From Chrysemys picta bellii (taxonomy: Eukaryota): 64,000 bases of DNA. The DNA lies in NCBI RefSeq assembly GCF_011386835.1, contig NC_088798.1:26164001-26228000 (forward strand). The letters are read 5' to 3'. This document shows positions 60,671-64,000 of the stretch, piece after piece (within the stretch, counting starts at the first letter, position 1; each line of letters begins with the position of its first letter). The translations under genes were made by a program, and so were the position numbers. The notes under the pieces were generated by a model, which saw only the letters and a program-made list of their open reading frames with translations, did no database searches and had not been told where the DNA came from.

Positions 60671-61020
60671 TTTTTAATGTACTCGTGATCTTGTAGTTGG
60701 ATTTCTTTGACATGCTATTTGGCCAAGACTTTTTGTTTGTAAGGTTCTGTATCCCATTAGGATCCTAGAACACCCTTAAGTTTGGCATGATTTCTCGATT
60801 TCCCTTTGAATATGATTCAGTCACATGAATCTTGAATCTGATTTTTCTTTGTCTGGTATTCTAGACTTCACACATATCAGGATGTGCTTTGGAGACAAAC
60901 TCCACATTGGATTACTTAAATTAGAAACAAGAAAGCCATGGACAGACTCACTTCCTAATGTGACTTTTTAAATTGTTCCTTCATGGCTAGACATATTTGG
61001 GAACATTATAATTTATAACA

Positions 61021-62140
61021 TAGGAAACAAAGGGTAGAAATACATTTTCAGACTGTAGAGAGGTAAATAACGGTGTCCCCCAGGGGTCTGTACTGGGACC
61101 AGATTGTTCAACATATTCATAAATGATCTGGAAAAAGGAGTGAACAGTGAGGTGGCAACATTTGCAGATGATATAAAACTATTCAAGATAGTTAAGTCCA
61201 AGGCAGACTGTGAAGAGTTACAAAGGGATCTCGCAAAACTGGGCTGGGCAACAAAATGGAAGATGAAATTCAATGTTGAGAAATGCAAAGTAATGCACTC
61301 TGGAAAACATAATTCCAACTATACATATAAAAGGATGGGGTTTAAATTAGCTTTTACCACTCAAGAAAGAGATCTTGGAATCATTGTGGAAAGTTCTCTG
61401 AAAACATCCACTCAATGTGCAGCGGCAGTCAAAAAGGTGAACAGAATGATGGGAATCATTAAGAAATGGATTGAAAATATCATATTGTCTCTATATAAAT
61501 ATATGGTACGTTCACATCATGAATACTACATGCAGATGTGGTCGCCTGATATAAAAAAATATATATTGGAATTGGAAAAGGTACAAAAAGGGCAAAAAAT
61601 GATTAGGGGTATGGAATGGCTGCCATATGAGGACAGTTTACTAAGTCTGGGACTGTTCAGCTTGGAAAACAGATGACGAAGGGTGGATATGATTGAGATC
61701 TATAAAATCATGACTGGTGTGGAGAAAGTAAATAAGGAAGTGTTATTTACTCCTTCTCATAGGCAGCAGATTTAAAACAAATAAAAGGAAGTATTTCTTT
61801 ACACAATGCACAGTCAACCTGTGGAACTCTTTGCCAGAGGATGTTGTGAAGGCCAAGACTATAACAAGTTTCAAAAGCAACTAGATAAGTTCATGGAATA
61901 TAGGTCCTTCAATTGCTATTAGCCAGGATGGGCAGGGATGCAAAACCATATTTCTGAAGTGTCCCTAGCCTCTGTTTTCCAGAAGCTGGGAATGGGTGAC
62001 AGGGGGTGGATCACTTGATGATTACTTGTTCTGTTAATTCCCCCTGGGGCACCTAGCACTGGCCACTGCTGGAAGACATGATACTGGTTTAGATGAACCA
62101 TTGGTCTGGCTCAGTATGGCCGTTCTTGTGTTCTTATATG
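61021..62140 (+). mobile_element. CR1 LINE 3' ~1.1 kb (RT domain to 3' tail), decayed
   Basis: GVPQGSVLGP followed by ORF 61104-61676 (FNIFINDLEKGVNSEVATFADDIKLFKIVK...). The 3' UTR ends GGCCGTTCTTGTGTTCTTATATG. Confidence 0.93.
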
Positions 62141-63254
62141 CACATGGAGGGATGGATCTAGAGTGGAACTTAGTACAACTTTATGATTTTAGTACAGCAT
62201 TATGTCAATCTCATTCCGAATTCTATCTTTAATTAGGTTGTATGTATTGGGATACAAATTTAGGAACATATACTTGCCACAATACACAGTGGAGTGCCCA
62301 CTGATGTTGGCAGGAGGATTGCAAGGAGATCAAGGAGAAAGTATCACTTTTACATAATAACAAAACATTTCGTTATTTATAATTTCTTCCATACCTTATT
62401 GTCATAGTCATCGTTCAGTGAGAAAACCCACTCTCCCCTTTAGGTGATCCCTATTAGTGCTCTTTGTTTTTCTTCCCTTCCCGTACTCCTTTCCCTATTT
62501 CTCTGCCCCTTCCTCAGATTGGGAGCCTTCTCTTTTCTTTCCTTTTTATTCATTTCCCTGTAGCAACTGAATCCAGTTCTGAACCCATTGTTCTTCACTC
62601 CTACCCCATAACCCCATTCCATCCACTGAAATGGATTGTGATTAAATGGTTAATATTGACACTATTGGTCATACATCTTGAGTCACTGTTTCAAGCTATC
62701 TGAAGACATCACTGCATCACTTACACTTGCTTCACATTTGGAAGGTTGCTCCTGCAGCGACAAGGGCTAAAAACGTTTTTTTTAAATGAAATTTTAGATT
62801 CTGGAGAACATGACTATGTCATGTTGGTCACATAAATCCATCATGTGAGCTGGATCTGGCATGCAGCCTGATCTAGAAGTTAAAGTAAAAGCTTTTGAGG
62901 ATACATCAGACGTTCTCCTTAATGTCTACCCTAAGAGCATGATTTTGCAGTCCTCATGTAGACAAAACTCCTATGGATTGCATTGAGATTTCCATTCAGC
63001 TTAACTGAAGACTGTAGCATAGCAAGTTTTTAGTGAAGGTACAATTGTTTTAATTTCTTTTCTTTCTTTTTTTTTTTAATCATGAAAACACTTTATAGTC
63101 CAAGGAAGAAATTTCAATAATACAATAAGAGTTGCCTTGTATTCCTCTGAGTGTAAAGCTTTATCATGCTAGGGGGAAAAGATATAAAAGAAGTAAATTT
63201 GTTTTTTCTATTTCTTAATATCTCTGAACCATAATATCTCTGGACCCTGGTTCC

Positions 63255-63960
63255 ACAGGGCTGTCCTTGAGCTCCTTCTTTTCTCTCTTTACACCTTATC
63301 ACTGGGTAAACTTATCTGCAAATACAAACTCAACTACCATCTCTATGCGGACAGATCTATCTCTCTACTCATGCCCTGTCTCCTTCAGTCAAACTAAAAT
63401 CTCCAGCTTCTCTCTGACATCTCCTTGTGGATGTCTAGCCAGCCTCTCAAGCTCAACATGGCTAAAACAGGACTCTTAATTTCTCCCCACATAAGCTCTC
63501 CTGTCTACCTATTTTCTAGATCACTGTGGGCAATACCACCATCATGCCTGTCATTCAGGCCCATAACCTGGGCATCTTCTTTGACTCGGACCTTTCTTTA
63601 GATCCTCACACACAGGTTGTGTCTAAATCTTGCAGTTTCTTTCTGCATAACATTTCTAAGATGCAGCATTTGCTCTCCATCCACACAACTCGAATGCTCG
63701 CCAAGTCATGTCAAGTCTCAATTACTGTAACATCCTTCTCTCTGGCCTTGACAAATGCAATTTTTACCTACTTATATCCATTCAGAATGCCGCTACATAG
63801 TCTCATTATTTCCTGTACTCCCCCAATTGTCTGTCTGTATCCATCCATTGTCTCTTATCTTTAGATTGTAAGCTCTTTGGGGCATCCTCCATCTTTTTGC
63901 TCTCTGTGAAGCATCTAGCACAATGGCATCCTGGTCTATCATTAGGTGCTATGATAATCA
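63255..63960 (+). mobile_element. L2 LINE 3' fragment (RT C-terminus and 3' UTR)
   Basis: VPQG..., NYHLYAD, and PVIQAHNLGIFFDSDLSLDPH...SKSCSFFLHNISK are typical L2 ORF2 motifs. The 3' end reads CTTTAGATTGTAAGCTCTTTGGGGC...CTAGCACAATGG. Confidence 0.85.
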
Positions 63961-64000
63961 TCCTCATCAAAAGCAATTCTTATCAGTAACCATTGTATGA

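Overview
Eukaryotic, repeat-rich vertebrate genomic DNA. The repeat content (CR1 and L2 LINEs, PIF/Harbinger, hAT-type MITEs, a Penelope-like hairpin, solo LTRs) strongly suggests a turtle genome; this is inferred from family resemblance, not from a database search. I recognise no intact host protein-coding gene, and most short ORFs in the track are noise or repeat-derived. Main features: (1) a full-length 5.5-kb PIF/Harbinger transposon (27302-32829, TAA target-site duplication) with an intact 433-aa DDE transposase, a convergent spliced Myb/SANT partner gene whose second exon is frameshifted, and a duplicated transposase 5' region carrying three identical start-codon contexts; (2) a ~270-bp EIF3B coding fragment inserted antisense inside a CR1 3' end with no TSD and no poly(A); (3) a Penelope-like 81-bp inverted repeat whose two hammerhead-ribozyme-like cores both lack the helix-I 3' strand; (4) an unidentified LTR-like unit next to decayed coding-like sequence (1543-3345); (5) an older decayed Harbinger (~45.6-47.5 kb), five hAT MITEs with 8-bp TSDs, solo LTRs, and RTE-X, CR1 and L2 fragments. 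All family assignments come from visual motif recognition.
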